Positions 18,115-28,934 of a stretch of 64,000 nucleotides of DNA are shown one piece after another (the first letter of the stretch is position 1; each line of letters starts with the position of its first letter). Below the pieces are notes generated by a model. The model saw only the letters and a list, made by a program, of their open reading frames with translations. It was not told the origin of the DNA and made no database searches. The position numbers and the translations under genes are program-made. This DNA comes from an uncultured Gemmatimonadaceae bacterium (lineage in GTDB: Bacteria; Gemmatimonadota; Gemmatimonadetes; Gemmatimonadales; Gemmatimonadaceae): assembly GCA_963822945.1 (NCBI GenBank), contig CAWGJO010000020.1, positions 608,001-672,000 on the forward strand. Reading direction: 5' to 3'.

Positions 18115-19445
18115 TCTCTGCCTTGCTGCTCGCGCTTGCGATGCAGGCACAGGACACCACACGTCTCACGCTGCAGAACGTGGTGGACCGTGCCCTGCAC
18201 ACGCATCCGGCCGTCGCCGCCGCCCAGGCCGCGCAGGACCGGTCCACTGCCGACTTCAACGATGCCCGGTCGCGCCTGCTGCCCGACCTGAACTTCGACG
18301 CCGCGCTCAACCGGTTCCAGCGGCCGATGGTGGTGGCGCCGCTGCACGGCCTCGACCTGCGCAATCCGCCGCTCTTCGATCGCACGCCGTACCAGGCGGG
18401 CCTCTCCCTCAACTGGACGGTGCTCGACTTCGGCAAGCGCTCGGCCCGGATCGATGCGCAGCGGGCGCTGCGCAACGCCGCCGGCGACGCGCTCACCGCC
18501 ACGGAGCAGCAGTTGATGACGTCCACCGTGCACGGATATCTCGCCGTGCTCGACGCTCGCCAGTTGCTGGCGGCCCAGGACCGCCTGGTCGCGGCCCTCG
18601 CCGCGGCGCAGTCCCGCACGGTGCAACTCGAGGCCCAGGGCAAGGCCGCGCGCGTGGCCGTGCTGCGCGTGGACGCCGAACTGCAACGCGCGCGAGCCGA
18701 CCGGATCAGCGCCGCCTCCCGACTGGAGGTCGCCGAACATCAGCTCGCGCAACTCGCCGACGTATCCTTCGGTGCGATCCACGGCGCGGAACTCGCCCCG
18801 CTCACGCTCGTCGACACCGCCTCGGCCGCCGACACCTCGGCCGCCGTGCGCGCCCGGCTCGTCGCCCAGGCACGGCGCACGAGCAGTGACGTCCGGCAGA
18901 TGGAAGAGCAGTCGCAGGCCGCGCGGGCCGGCGTGTCCGCCGCACGCGCCACCTGGCTGCCGACCGTCCAGATGCAGGGCGCCTACATCGACCGCGGCCG
19001 CTGGGCGGGCAACTACTCGGCCGAATGGCAGGTGGGCGTCGCGATGTCGTATCCGGTGTTCACCGGCGGCAGCCGCACCAGCGCGGTACAGCGCGCCGAC
19101 GCCAACGCGCGCGCGGCCGCCGAGCAGGTTCGTGTCGTGCAACTCGACGTCGAGCGCGGCGTGGATCAGAACCTGGCCGCGCTCCGCGAGGCGCACGCCC
19201 GCGTGGCCGCGCTCGAGAGCGCGGTCGCGCAGTCGCAGGAAGTGGAACGGATCGAGAAGCTCGCGCTCGATGTGGGCACGGTGGTTCAGACCGACTATCT
19301 CGACGCCGAAGCCAAGCTGTTCTCCGCGCAGGCCGCCCTGATCCAGGCCCGCCACGCGGAGATCGCTGCCCGTGTCGACCTGGCCCGAACTCTCGGCGAA
19401 CTGTCCCGCAGCTGGCTCGCCCGCAACGTGGAGTCCCTACCATGA
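18111..19445 (+). CDS. TolC family outer membrane efflux protein
   Basis: Signal peptide, two OEP repeats (SRLLPDLNF; ATWLPTVQM, YPVFTGG); ATGA overlap with tetR. Confidence 0.88.
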   Translation: MISALLLALAMQAQDTTRLTLQNVVDRALHTHPAVAAAQAAQDRSTADFNDARSRLLPDLNFDAALNRFQRPMVVAPLHGLDLRNPPLFDRTPYQAGLSLNWTVLDFGKRSARIDAQRALRNAAGDALTATEQQLMTSTVHGYLAVLDARQLLAAQDRLVAALAAAQSRTVQLEAQGKAARVAVLRVDAELQRARADRISAASRLEVAEHQLAQLADVSFGAIHGAELAPLTLVDTASAADTSAAVRARLVAQARRTSSDVRQMEEQSQAARAGVSAARATWLPTVQMQGAYIDRGRWAGNYSAEWQVGVAMSYPVFTGGSRTSAVQRADANARAAAEQVRVVQLDVERGVDQNLAALREAHARVAALESAVAQSQEVERIEKLALDVGTVVQTDYLDAEAKLFSAQAALIQARHAEIAARVDLARTLGELSRSWLARNVESLP

Positions 19446-20440
19446 ACCGCAAACGCATCATCCCCGCCGTCGTGGGACTTCTCGTCGTCGCCACGGCCGT
19501 CTACCTCACCGTATTCCGCGACGGCGCGAACGCCGCCGAACCCGCGGTCTCGGGAACGGTCGAGGCCACCGAGGCCGATCTCGGATTCCAGCTCCCCGGG
19601 CGCATTGCTACCGTCGGGCCGCACGAGGGCGACCGCGTGAAGGCCGGTGACACGCTGGCCATGCTCGACCGCACCGACCTGGCCGCCCGCGTGGCACAGG
19701 CGCGCGCCGGTCTCGCCGCGGCCCGAGCGGGACTGCTGGAAATGGAACGCGGGGCGCGGAGCGAGGAGTTGGCGCAGGCTCGCGAGGCCGACAGCACGGC
19801 CACGGCGCGCCTGGCCGACGCGCAGCGCGACTTCGACCGCACGCAACGGCTGTTCCAGGGCGGCGCGGTGCCGCGCGAATCGTTCGACAAGGCGAGCCTG
19901 GCGCTCGATGTGGCGCGGAGCGGCAAGGCCCAGGCCGACCAGCAGCTGAAGCTCGTGGAGAGCGGCCCGCGTCGCGAGCGCATCGCGGCGCAGCGCGCCA
20001 TGGTGGAACAGGCCCAGGCGGCCGTGCGCCAGACGGAAGCGGCCATGGACAACGGAGTGATTCGTGCGCCGTTCGACGGCGTGGTCACGATCCGCGACCG
20101 AGAACCGGGGGAGACGGTGGGCGCCGGTACGCCCGTGTTGACGGTCATGAACCTGCACGACCGGTGGGTGCGCATCTACGTGCGCGAGGACCGGATTGCC
20201 GCGGTTCGCCTGGGCGAGCCGGCGACGATCAGCACCGATACCTACGCCGGCAAGACCTATCCGGGCGCCGTGTCGTTCATCGCGAGCCAGGCGGAGTTCA
20301 CGCCGCGCAACGTGCAGACCACCGAGGAGCGGGTGAAGCTGGTGTACGCGGTGAAGGTTCGCATCACCGGCGACACCACGACCTACGATCTCAAACCCGG
20401 CATGCCGGCCGACGTACGGTTGGGAGGCTCGACGCAGTGA
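19442..20440 (+). CDS. HlyD family membrane fusion protein (YbhG-like)
   Basis: SGTVEATE, EGDRVKAGD, IRAPFDGVV, AEFTPRNVQT.EER.KLVYAVK, LKPGMPADV. Confidence 0.9.
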   Translation: MNRKRIIPAVVGLLVVATAVYLTVFRDGANAAEPAVSGTVEATEADLGFQLPGRIATVGPHEGDRVKAGDTLAMLDRTDLAARVAQARAGLAAARAGLLEMERGARSEELAQAREADSTATARLADAQRDFDRTQRLFQGGAVPRESFDKASLALDVARSGKAQADQQLKLVESGPRRERIAAQRAMVEQAQAAVRQTEAAMDNGVIRAPFDGVVTIRDREPGETVGAGTPVLTVMNLHDRWVRIYVREDRIAAVRLGEPATISTDTYAGKTYPGAVSFIASQAEFTPRNVQTTEERVKLVYAVKVRITGDTTTYDLKPGMPADVRLGGSTQ

Positions 20441-21399
20441 CGTCTGGGGATCGCGCCGAGGCGGCGATTTCGCTGCGGAGCCTGCGCCGCACGTTCGGCG
20501 ACGTCGTGGCGGTGGACGGGTTGTCGTTCGACGTCGGCCGCGGTGAGTTGTTCGGGCTCGTCGGGCCGGACGGCGCCGGCAAGACCACCACGCTGCGCAT
20601 GCTGGCCGGCGTGCTGCCGCCCACGGGCGGCGACGCGACGATCCGCGGCGTGAGCGTGGCCGGCGATCCGGAGGGCGTGAAGCACCACATCGCCTACATG
20701 TCGCAGCGGTTCGGTCTGTACACCGATCTCACGGTGCGCGAGAACATCGACTTCTATGCCGACCTGTACCGCGTGCCGCGGCGCGAGCGGCCGGCGCGGC
20801 TGGAGCGGCTGTACCACTTCTCCAACCTCGGACAGTTCGAACACCGGCTGGCCGGGCAGTTGTCCGGCGGCATGAAGCAGAAGCTCGGCCTGTGCTGCGC
20901 GCTGATCCATCAGCCCGAGATCCTGCTGCTCGACGAGCCGACCTTCGGAGTCGATCCCATCTCCCGCCGCGACCTGTGGCTCATTCTGCACGAGATGGTG
21001 GCGCAGGGCGTCACGGTGCTCGTGACGACGGCGTACATGGACGAGGCGGAACGGTGCGATCACGTGGCCCTGCTCGATCACGGCCGCATCATTGCGCTGG
21101 ATACGCCGGTGGCCCTCCAGCGGACGCTGGCCGGGCGCATGGTGGCGCTCCGTGCGTCGGAGCCGCGCCAGGCGCTGGCGGTGCTCGAGGGGACGCCGGC
21201 CGCGCACCATGCCGCCCTGTTCGGCGACACCATCCACCTGGCGCTGGACTCCACGCAGCACGACTGGCCGCAGGTGGAGGCCGCGCTGACCGCCGCCGGC
21301 ATCCGCGTGCTCGACGTCCACGACCTCGAGCCATCGCTCGAAGACGTGTTCATCCAGCGCGTCTCCGAAACCGTGATCGACGCGGCGGCGCCGGCATGA
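20437..21399 (+). CDS. ABC-2 transporter ATP-binding protein (YbhF N-half-like)
   Basis: GPDGAGKTT, YMSQRFGLY, LSGGMKQK, LLDEPT; GTG start overlaps the upstream stop. Confidence 0.9.
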   Translation: MTSGDRAEAAISLRSLRRTFGDVVAVDGLSFDVGRGELFGLVGPDGAGKTTTLRMLAGVLPPTGGDATIRGVSVAGDPEGVKHHIAYMSQRFGLYTDLTVRENIDFYADLYRVPRRERPARLERLYHFSNLGQFEHRLAGQLSGGMKQKLGLCCALIHQPEILLLDEPTFGVDPISRRDLWLILHEMVAQGVTVLVTTAYMDEAERCDHVALLDHGRIIALDTPVALQRTLAGRMVALRASEPRQALAVLEGTPAAHHAALFGDTIHLALDSTQHDWPQVEAALTAAGIRVLDVHDLEPSLEDVFIQRVSETVIDAAAPA

Positions 21400-22334
21400 C
21401 GTACGCGGTGGACGTGCACGAACTCACGCGCAGGTTCGGGGACTTCACGGCCGTGGACCACGTCACCTTCCAGGTTCCCGAGGGCGAGATCTTCGGCTTC
21501 CTGGGCCCCAACGGGGCGGGCAAGACGACCACCATCAAGATGCTCACCGGGCTGCTCGCGCCCACGTCGGGCACCGGCCGCGTGGCGGGGTTCGACGTGC
21601 GCACGGACGCCGAACGAATCAAGGAGCACATCGGGTACATGTCGCAGCTGTTCTCGCTGTACGGCGATCTGACCGTTGAGGAGAACATCGCCTTCTTCGC
21701 CGGCATGTACGGGGTGACCGGCGCGCGCCTCGAGGAGCGACGAGACTGGGTATTGCGCATGGCGGGGCTCACCGCACACCGCACCCAGATGACGGGCGAC
21801 CTGCCCCTGGGCTGGAAGCAGCGCCTGGCCCTCGGCTGCGCCGTGCTGCACGAGCCACCGATTCTCTTCCTCGACGAGCCAACGTCGGGGGTGGATCCCG
21901 TGTCGCGCCGCAGTTTCTGGGAACTGATCTACACCCTGGCCGATCGCGGCACGACGATCTTCGTGAGCACGCACTACATGGAAGAGGCGGAGTACTGCAA
22001 CCGCCTGGCGTTGATGAATCGGGGCCGGTTGATCGCCCTCGACCGTCCGGCGGCGCTGCGCCAGCGGATGGCGGAGCCCATTCTCGAGGTGGTCACCGAT
22101 GACGGGCCGGCCGCCGTGCAGGAGCTGCAGCAGGCGCCCGGCGTGATCGAGGCGGCGATGTTCGGCCGCGCCGTGCACGTCGTGGTGGAGGACGAAGCCG
22201 CTGCCCGGGCCGCGCTGCCGGGCTTTCTGGCGGCGCACGGCCGCACCTGCGACCGCATCACCACCGTCCAGCCATCGTTGGAAGACGTGTTCGTCTCGCT
22301 CGTCCGCCACGAGGGCGGCGCGGTGGAGGGCTGA
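21396..22334 (+). CDS. ABC-2 transporter ATP-binding protein (YbhF C-half-like)
   Basis: GPNGAGKTT, LPLGWKQR, LDEPTSGVDP, STHYMEEAE. Confidence 0.9.
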   Translation: MTYAVDVHELTRRFGDFTAVDHVTFQVPEGEIFGFLGPNGAGKTTTIKMLTGLLAPTSGTGRVAGFDVRTDAERIKEHIGYMSQLFSLYGDLTVEENIAFFAGMYGVTGARLEERRDWVLRMAGLTAHRTQMTGDLPLGWKQRLALGCAVLHEPPILFLDEPTSGVDPVSRRSFWELIYTLADRGTTIFVSTHYMEEAEYCNRLALMNRGRLIALDRPAALRQRMAEPILEVVTDDGPAAVQELQQAPGVIEAAMFGRAVHVVVEDEAAARAALPGFLAAHGRTCDRITTVQPSLEDVFVSLVRHEGGAVEG

Positions 22335-22337
22335 CCG

Positions 22338-23464
22338 GTGAGTCTCAGCCTGCAGCGACTGATCGCGGTGGCCCGCAAGGAGGCCATCCAACTCCGGCGC
22401 GATCCTCGCAGTCTGGCGATGGCGTTCCTGGTGCCGGCGGCGATGATCATCGTGTTCGGGTACATCATCAGCTTCGACGTGCGCGACATCCGCATCGCCG
22501 TGCTGGATCAGGATCATTCGACGCAGAGCCGGGCGCTCGTATCGGCGTTCGAAGCGGCCGGCCGGTTCGAGGTCGTGGGCCGGCTGACGCGCCCCGAACA
22601 GATCGATCCGCTCATGAATCGCGGCGCGGTGCGCATGGCGTTGGTCATTCCACCGGACTTCGAGAAGAACCTGCTGGCCCGGAAGCCGGCACCCGTGCAG
22701 GCCATCGTCGACGGGGCCGACGCCAACACGGCGTCGATCTCGATGAACTACGCCGAGGCCATCGTGACGGCCTTCTCGTCGAAGGTCGTGCTCAACCGCG
22801 CGGCGCTCCCCGTCCCGGTGACCGTCGAGAGCCGCGTGTGGTACAACGAGGCGCTCGAGAGCGCGAACATGATCGTGCCGGGGCTCGTGGCGGTGATCAT
22901 GATGATCATTGCCGCCATGCTCACGGCGCTCACGATCGCGCGCGAATGGGAGCGCGGGACCATGGAGCAGCTGGCCGCCACGCCGGTGCACCGCCTCGAG
23001 GTCATCTGCGGCAAGCTGCTGCCCTATCTCGCCATCGGCGCTCGTGGACGTCACCGCCGCCGTGCTCATCGGCGTATTCCTCTTCCACGTGCCGTTCCGG
23101 GGCAGCCCGCTGCTGCTGGCCGTGATGGCCACCATGTTCCTGCTCGGCTCGCTGGGACTCGGCATTTTCATCAGCGCCGCGCTCAAATCGCAGCTGCTGG
23201 CAACGCAGTTGGCCATGCTCGCCACGTTCATCCCGTCGCTGCTGCTCTCCGGCCTGATCTTCGACATCGCGAGCATGCCGTGGCCGCTCCGGGTCGTGTC
23301 GCTCGCGGTGCCGGCCCGGTACTTCGTGGTGGTGCTGCGCAGCGTGTTCCTCAAGGGCGTGGGGGCGGAGGTCCTCTGGCAACAGGGCGTCGCCATGATC
23401 GTGTACGCCGTGGTCGGGCTGCGGCCTCGCCGTCCACGCCTTCCGCAAGGAGATCGCCTCGTGA
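22338..23464 (+). pseudogene. ABC-2 permease (YbhS-like) with frameshifts near 23040 and 23422
   Basis: KEAIQLRRDPRS, IAREWERGTMEQL in one frame; VPFRGS..LLSGLIFDIASMP in a second; AFRKEIAS-stop in a third. Confidence 0.75.
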
Positions 23465-24603
23465 GGGCGCCCCGCGTGAACTGGTCGCGCGTGCGCCAGA
23501 TGCTGCGCAAGGAACTCCGGCAGATGTTCGCGCGACCCGCGCGCCAAGCGGGTGCTGTTCGTCGCGCCGATCGTGCAGCTCATCGTCTTCGGCTACGCCG
23601 TGAACACCGACGTGCGCAACGCGGCGACGATGGTGGTGGATCACGACCAGACGTCGGAGTCGCGCGCCCTCGTCTCGGCGCTGACGCGTCCGGCTACTTC
23701 CGCGTGGCCGGCCGCGCCAGCAGCCCCGCGACCTGGTGAGCGCGCTCGATCACGGCAACGTGCTCGTGGGCCTGGAGATTCCACAGGGCTTCGCCAAGGA
23801 TCTCGCCGCCGGCCGGGAAGCCGACGTGCAGCTTCTCGTCGACGGCAGCTCGGCCAACACCGCCAACGTGGCGCTCGGCTACGCCACGCAGATCATCGCG
23901 CAGTGGGGCCTCGCCCACGGCGGGACCGCCGCCGGCCTGGTGCGCGCCGGCCCGCGACCGGGCGTGGACTTCCGCGTGCGCGCGTGGTACAACGAGAACC
24001 TCGAAAGCCGCGTCTACAACGTGCCCGCGGTCATCGGCACCATCGTGCTGCTCATGACGCTGCTGCTCACCTCGCTCGCCGTGGTGCGCGAACGCGAGAT
24101 CGGCACGCTCGAGCAACTGATGGTCAGCCCGCTGCGGCCCCTCGAGTTGATCATCGGCAAGACCCTGCCGTCGGTGTTCGTGGCGTTCGTCGACCTGACC
24201 GTCATCACCGCCGTGTCGCTGCTCTGGTTCGACATTCCCTTCCGCGGCAGCGTCGGTGTTCCTGTTCGTGGCCAGCGTGTTCTACATCCTCACCGGATTG
24301 GGGCTCGGCCTCTACATCTCGACCGTGTCGAACACGCAGCAGGAAGCGTTCATGGCGATGTTCTTCTTCTTCATGCCGGCCATCATGCTTTCGGGGTTCA
24401 TGTTCCCGATCGCGAACATGCCGCAGGCGCTGCAGTACGTGACCTATCTCGACCCGCTGCGCTACTTCCTGGAGATCGTGCGGGGCGTGTTCCTGCGCGG
24501 CGCCGGGTGGCGGATCCTCTGGCCGCAGGCGCTGGTGCTGGCCGCCATGGGCGTACTCGTGGTCACGGCGGCGACGCGGAAGTTCCGGAAGACGACGGCG
24601 TGA
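23461..24603 (+). pseudogene. ABC-2 permease (YbhR-like) with about four frameshifts (near 23530, 23686, 23729, 24256)
   Basis: KELRQMF, QLIVFGYAVNTDV, VVREREIGTLEQL, LSGFMFPIANMP are spread over successive frames. Confidence 0.75.
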
Positions 24604-25395
24604 TCAGAACAGGCTCCGTATCCACCCCCCATCCACGGCCACCGACTGCCCGGTGATGTAGCTGGCCCGGTCCGACACCAGAAACGCCGCCAGCGCCCCG
24701 AACTCCTGCGGCTCGCCGATCCGTCCCATGGGAATCTGCGCCTCCGTTCGCGCGTTCACCTGGTTCACCGGCACCCCTTCGCGCTCGGCGTTCGCCTTGG
24801 CCAGCTGCTCCACCCGCTCCGTCCTGGTGAACCCGGGCAGGATGCAGTTCACCGTCACCCCATCCTTGGCAACCTCGGTGGCCAGGGTGCGCGCGAATCC
24901 GGTCACGGCCGCCCGCAGGCTGTTGGACAACATCAGCCCGTCCACCGGCTGCTTCACGGTGATCGACGTGACGTTGAGCACCCGCCCCCACTTCCGCTCG
25001 CGCATGCCCGGCAGCACGCGGCGCGTGAGTTCCACCGTGCTTCGCAGCAGGTTGTCCACGTGCTGCTGCCACAGCTCCCACGGCAGCTTCTCGAACGGCC
25101 CGCACGGCGGGCCGCCCGTGTTGTTCACCAGGATGTCCACGTGCCCGAACGCCTGCTCGGCGGCGTGCGCCACCGCATCGATGCCCTCCGTGGTCGCGAC
25201 GTCCGCCGCCACGGCACGGACGTCCGCCTTCGTCTCGGCGATGATCGCCTGTCGCGCCTTCTGCAGACGTTCGTCGCCCCGGGCGCAGATCACCACGCGC
25301 GCGCCCTCGGCGGCCAGTTCGCGCGCTGCCGCATAGCCGAGTCCGCGACTGGCCGCGCACACGATCGCGGTGCGGTCTTTCAGCCCCAGATCCAT
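24604..25395 (-). CDS. SDR family oxidoreductase
   Basis: MDLGLKDRTAIVCAASRGLG, DILVNNTGGP, SNSLRAAV, ITGQSVAVDGG. Confidence 0.9.
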   Translation of the reverse strand: MDLGLKDRTAIVCAASRGLGYAAARELAAEGARVVICARGDERLQKARQAIIAETKADVRAVAADVATTEGIDAVAHAAEQAFGHVDILVNNTGGPPCGPFEKLPWELWQQHVDNLLRSTVELTRRVLPGMRERKWGRVLNVTSITVKQPVDGLMLSNSLRAAVTGFARTLATEVAKDGVTVNCILPGFTRTERVEQLAKANAEREGVPVNQVNARTEAQIPMGRIGEPQEFGALAAFLVSDRASYITGQSVAVDGGWIRSLF

Positions 25396-25397
25396 GG

Positions 25398-25775
25398 TCA
25401 GCGCCGCAGGTATGCGTCGGTCTTGTTCAGCCAGTCTTCGCGAGGCGGACTGAAGATGTCCACGTCGAGCGTGTCCTGCAGCGCTTCGGCCTTGTGCCAC
25501 ACGTTGGACGGGATGTGCAGCACCTCGCCGGCCCGCACCACGACCTCCTCCTTCTCGTCCTCGCCGATCCAGAAGCGCAGCGCGCCCTCGAGGATGTAGG
25601 TGAGTTGTTCGTTCTCGTGCTGGTGCTTGGGCACCACGCAGCCCTCTTTGAGATACACGTGCGCGAGCATCATCCGGTCGCCCGTGATCAGGCGGCGGTC
25701 GATCATCGGCGAGACGGTCTCGCGGGGCATCTCGTCCCAGCGATAGAAGGTGACGGACCCAGAGGAGTTGGACAT
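25398..25775 (-). CDS. Cupin-domain protein
   Basis: PKHQHENEQ and IPSNVWH cupin motifs; DIFSPPREDW. Confidence 0.88.
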   Translation of the reverse strand: MSNSSGSVTFYRWDEMPRETVSPMIDRRLITGDRMMLAHVYLKEGCVVPKHQHENEQLTYILEGALRFWIGEDEKEEVVVRAGEVLHIPSNVWHKAEALQDTLDVDIFSPPREDWLNKTDAYLRR

Positions 25776-25916
25776 GGTGTGGAAGGTGAAGGGTGAACGA
25801 ATCGCCAGCACCGGCGGACCGGCACCGAACCACGGGCAACCGGTACGTAAATGGGGGGCTGCCCCGGGGTGCCGCCAGTGCTTGACTCATCCTCGGCGCC
25901 CGGTTTTATCTCCGGC

Positions 25917-26372
25917 ATGGTCCAGAACGCACCGACGCCCGAGCTTCCCCCCTCGATTGCCCGGCTGCTGCGCCAGTTCGCAACGCTCGGACGGGAAGAG
26001 AAGATGCAGACGCTGCTGCACTATTCCAAGAAGCTCGAACCCCTCCCCGAACGATTTGCCGCGCTCGACCGCAGCAATTTCACGGTCCCCGAGTGTCAGA
26101 CGCGGGTGGACCTCTTCCCCGAGGTCCACGACGGCACGCTGCATTTCTACGCCGACGTCGACGTTCGCCAGTCGCCCACCATCGCGGCCTTCCTCGCCAT
26201 TCTGTTCTCGGCCGTGAACGACCAGCCTCCCGGAACCACCCTCGCGATTCCGCCCGACTTCGTGCGCCGGATGATGGACGGCATCGGACTCGCCGGCCGA
26301 GAAGCGGGGCTCTCGGCGATGGTCGCGCGGCTCCAGGCGCACGCACGACGCGCGCTCTCGCCGACGTCATAG
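25917..26372 (+). CDS. SufE family sulfur-acceptor protein
   Basis: LLHYSKKL, conserved Cys in VPECQT, SPTIAAF, R.AGL.AM. Confidence 0.8.
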   Translation: MVQNAPTPELPPSIARLLRQFATLGREEKMQTLLHYSKKLEPLPERFAALDRSNFTVPECQTRVDLFPEVHDGTLHFYADVDVRQSPTIAAFLAILFSAVNDQPPGTTLAIPPDFVRRMMDGIGLAGREAGLSAMVARLQAHARRALSPTS

Positions 26373-26401
26373 TCGTCGCTCACCCGCCTCCAGAGGGCTG
26401 C

Positions 26402-26839
26402 ATGCCCGCCAAACCACAGACGTACGCGAACCACCGGCGCATCTTCCCCATCTATCACTTCTTCGCACTTCCCATTCTCACCGCGAACGTCGTGGTCGCC
26501 ATCGCGGACTTCCTCGATGCCCCGTCGTGGCACGCCGGATGGTGGGTGCTGGTCTCCATGGCCCTCGCCGCCGGCCTCCTCGCCTCGCGTGCCTCGGCGC
26601 TCATCGTGCAGAACCGGCTCGTGGGGCTCGAGATGCGCTTGCGCCTCACGGCCATCCTGCCCAACGAGCTTCGCCCGCGCATCGGCGACCTCACCCTCCG
26701 CCAGATCATCGGCCTCCGGTTCGCGAGCGACGGCGAGATGGCCGACCTCGTCCGCCGCTGCATCGCCGGCGAACTGGCCACGGCCGACGACGTCAAACGC
26801 CAGATCAGGGAGTGGCGCCCCGACATCGTCCGCGCCTGA
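26402..26839 (+). CDS. Membrane protein, DUF6526-like
   Basis: QTYANHRR..YHFF, VQNR...LEMRLR, QIIGLRFASDGE, IREWRPD; GAGGG RBS. Confidence 0.7.
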   Translation: MPAKPQTYANHRRIFPIYHFFALPILTANVVVAIADFLDAPSWHAGWWVLVSMALAAGLLASRASALIVQNRLVGLEMRLRLTAILPNELRPRIGDLTLRQIIGLRFASDGEMADLVRRCIAGELATADDVKRQIREWRPDIVRA

Positions 26840-26847
26840 GACCGCCC

Positions 26848-27894
26848 ATGGCACGCGTTACCCCCGCCTGTCCGCGCGACGAAGCCGATCTCGACGCACG
26901 GCTCGCCGCTCCGCGCACCGAGACCGTCGCCGCGCTCGCTGGCTGTCCGGGCGACCTCCTGGTGCTCGGCGCGGGAGGCAAGATGGGGCCCACACTCGCC
27001 CGCATGGCCCTCGCCGCCGCCCGCCGCGCCGACGAGGGCAGGGACGTGCGGCGTGTGATCGCCGTTTCCCGCTTCTCCTCGCCGCACGCTGAACGCGCAC
27101 TGCGCGCCGCGGGCGTGCACACCATCCGCTGCGATCTGCTCGACCGCGCAGCGGTCGCCGCACTCCCCGACGCGCCCAACGTGATCTTCATGGCCGGCCA
27201 GAAGTTCGGCACCCGCGACGCGCCGTCGCGCACGTGGATGATGAACGTCGTACTGCCGGCCATCTGCGCGGAACGCTACGCCGCGTCGCGGATCGTCGCC
27301 TTCTCCACCGGCAACGTGTATCCGCTCACGCCCGTGGCGTCGGGTGGGGCCGGCGAGATGGATGCGCCGGCGCCGGTGGGCGAGTACGCGTGGTCGTGCC
27401 TGGGCCGCGAGCGCGTGTTCGAACACGCGGCATCCGCGGGCACGCGCGTGGCGCTCATGCGGCTCAACTACGCGATCGATCTCCGGTACGGGGTGCTCAC
27501 CGATCTCGCACTGCGCATCCAGCGCGGCGACCCGGTATCGCTCGGCATGGGCCGGGTGAATGTGATCTGGCAGGGTGACGCGAACCGGGCCGCCCTCGAG
27601 CTGCTCCCGCATGCCGGATCGCCACCATTCGTGCTGAACGTGACCGGGCGCGACACGCTCTCGGTCCGAACCCTCGCCGATCAACTGGGCCGGCGTCTGG
27701 AACGCGAGCCGCGTTTCGCCGGCGTCGAGGCCCCCGATGCACTGCTCAGCAACACCCACCGGATGGCGCAGACCCTCGCGCCACCGGCCATCGACCTCGA
27801 GACGATGCTCGACTGGGTGGCCGAATGGGTGCGCGCCGGCCGGCCGTTGCTCGACAAGCCGACCCACTTCGACGTGCGCGACGGCAGCTTCTGA
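26848..27894 (+). CDS. NAD-dependent epimerase/dehydratase family protein
   Basis: LGAGGKMG, MAGQKFG, FSTGNVY, EYAWSCLGRER, RLNYA.DLRYGVL. Confidence 0.85.
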   Translation: MARVTPACPRDEADLDARLAAPRTETVAALAGCPGDLLVLGAGGKMGPTLARMALAAARRADEGRDVRRVIAVSRFSSPHAERALRAAGVHTIRCDLLDRAAVAALPDAPNVIFMAGQKFGTRDAPSRTWMMNVVLPAICAERYAASRIVAFSTGNVYPLTPVASGGAGEMDAPAPVGEYAWSCLGRERVFEHAASAGTRVALMRLNYAIDLRYGVLTDLALRIQRGDPVSLGMGRVNVIWQGDANRAALELLPHAGSPPFVLNVTGRDTLSVRTLADQLGRRLEREPRFAGVEAPDALLSNTHRMAQTLAPPAIDLETMLDWVAEWVRAGRPLLDKPTHFDVRDGSF

Positions 27895-28934
27895 TGGACG
27901 GACTGCGGGCGCACCTGCGAGACGGGGTGGTGATCCCGGCGCACCCGCTGGCCCTCACGCCACGCCGGACGCTCGACGAGCGCCACCAGCGCGCGCTGAC
28001 GCGGTACTACGTGGACGCCGGGGCCGGCGGTATCGCCGTCGGCGTGCACACCACGCAGTTCGCCATTCGTGAGCACGGCCTGTACCGGCCCGTGCTCGAA
28101 CTCGCCGCCACCACGGCCCGCGCCGCGCTTGCCGCGGGACGCGAGTTCGCGCTCGTTGCCGGCGTGTGCGGGTCCACCAAACGAGCCTGCGGGGAAGCAG
28201 CCGTGGCCGGCGCGCTGGGCTACCGGCTGGCGCTGCTCAGCCTCGGCGGCCTCGACCAACTGGACGACCGTGCACTCGTGCGGCACTGCCGCGCGGTGGC
28301 CGACGTGCTGCCGCTGTTCGGATTCTATCTGCAGCCGGCGGTCGGCGGCCGCGTGCTGTCGCACGCGTTCTGGCGCGAATTGTGTGAGCTGCCCGGCCTG
28401 TGGGCCATCAAGATCGCCCCGTTCAATCGCTACGCCACCACCGACGTGATGCGGGCGGTCATGGAGTCCGGGCGGGACGACGTGGCCCTATACACCGGCA
28501 ACGACGACAACATCGTCGCCGATCTCGTGACCCCGGTGCGCGCCCGCGTCGGCGGCGCCGTGCGCGAGCGGGGCATGAACGGCGGACTGCTCGGCCAGTG
28601 GGCGGTCTGGACGCGGCGCGCCGTGGAATTGCTCGCGGCGGCCAAGGCCGCCCGCGATGCCGGCACGGTCCCCACCTCGTTGCTCAGCGCGGGCGCCGCG
28701 CTCACCGCCGCCAACGGGGTGGTGTTCGACGCCGCCAACGGATTTGCCGGCTGCATTCCCGGCATTCACGAGGTGCTCCGCACCCAGGGATTGATGCGGG
28801 GCGTCTGGTGCCTGAACCCGCGGGAGGTGCTCTCCCCCGGCCAGCGACAGGCCATCGCCCGCCTGCGGGGGGCCCATCCCGAGTTGACCGACGACGACTA
28901 CGTGCGTGAGCACCTCGACCGGTGGCTCAGCTAG
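27894..28934 (+). CDS. Dihydrodipicolinate synthase-like lyase/aldolase
   Basis: VIPAHPLAL, GVHTTQF, GFYLQPAVGG, AIKIAPF (probable Schiff-base Lys), LYTGNDD; TGATG overlap. Confidence 0.82.
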   Translation: MDGLRAHLRDGVVIPAHPLALTPRRTLDERHQRALTRYYVDAGAGGIAVGVHTTQFAIREHGLYRPVLELAATTARAALAAGREFALVAGVCGSTKRACGEAAVAGALGYRLALLSLGGLDQLDDRALVRHCRAVADVLPLFGFYLQPAVGGRVLSHAFWRELCELPGLWAIKIAPFNRYATTDVMRAVMESGRDDVALYTGNDDNIVADLVTPVRARVGGAVRERGMNGGLLGQWAVWTRRAVELLAAAKAARDAGTVPTSLLSAGAALTAANGVVFDAANGFAGCIPGIHEVLRTQGLMRGVWCLNPREVLSPGQRQAIARLRGAHPELTDDDYVREHLDRWLS

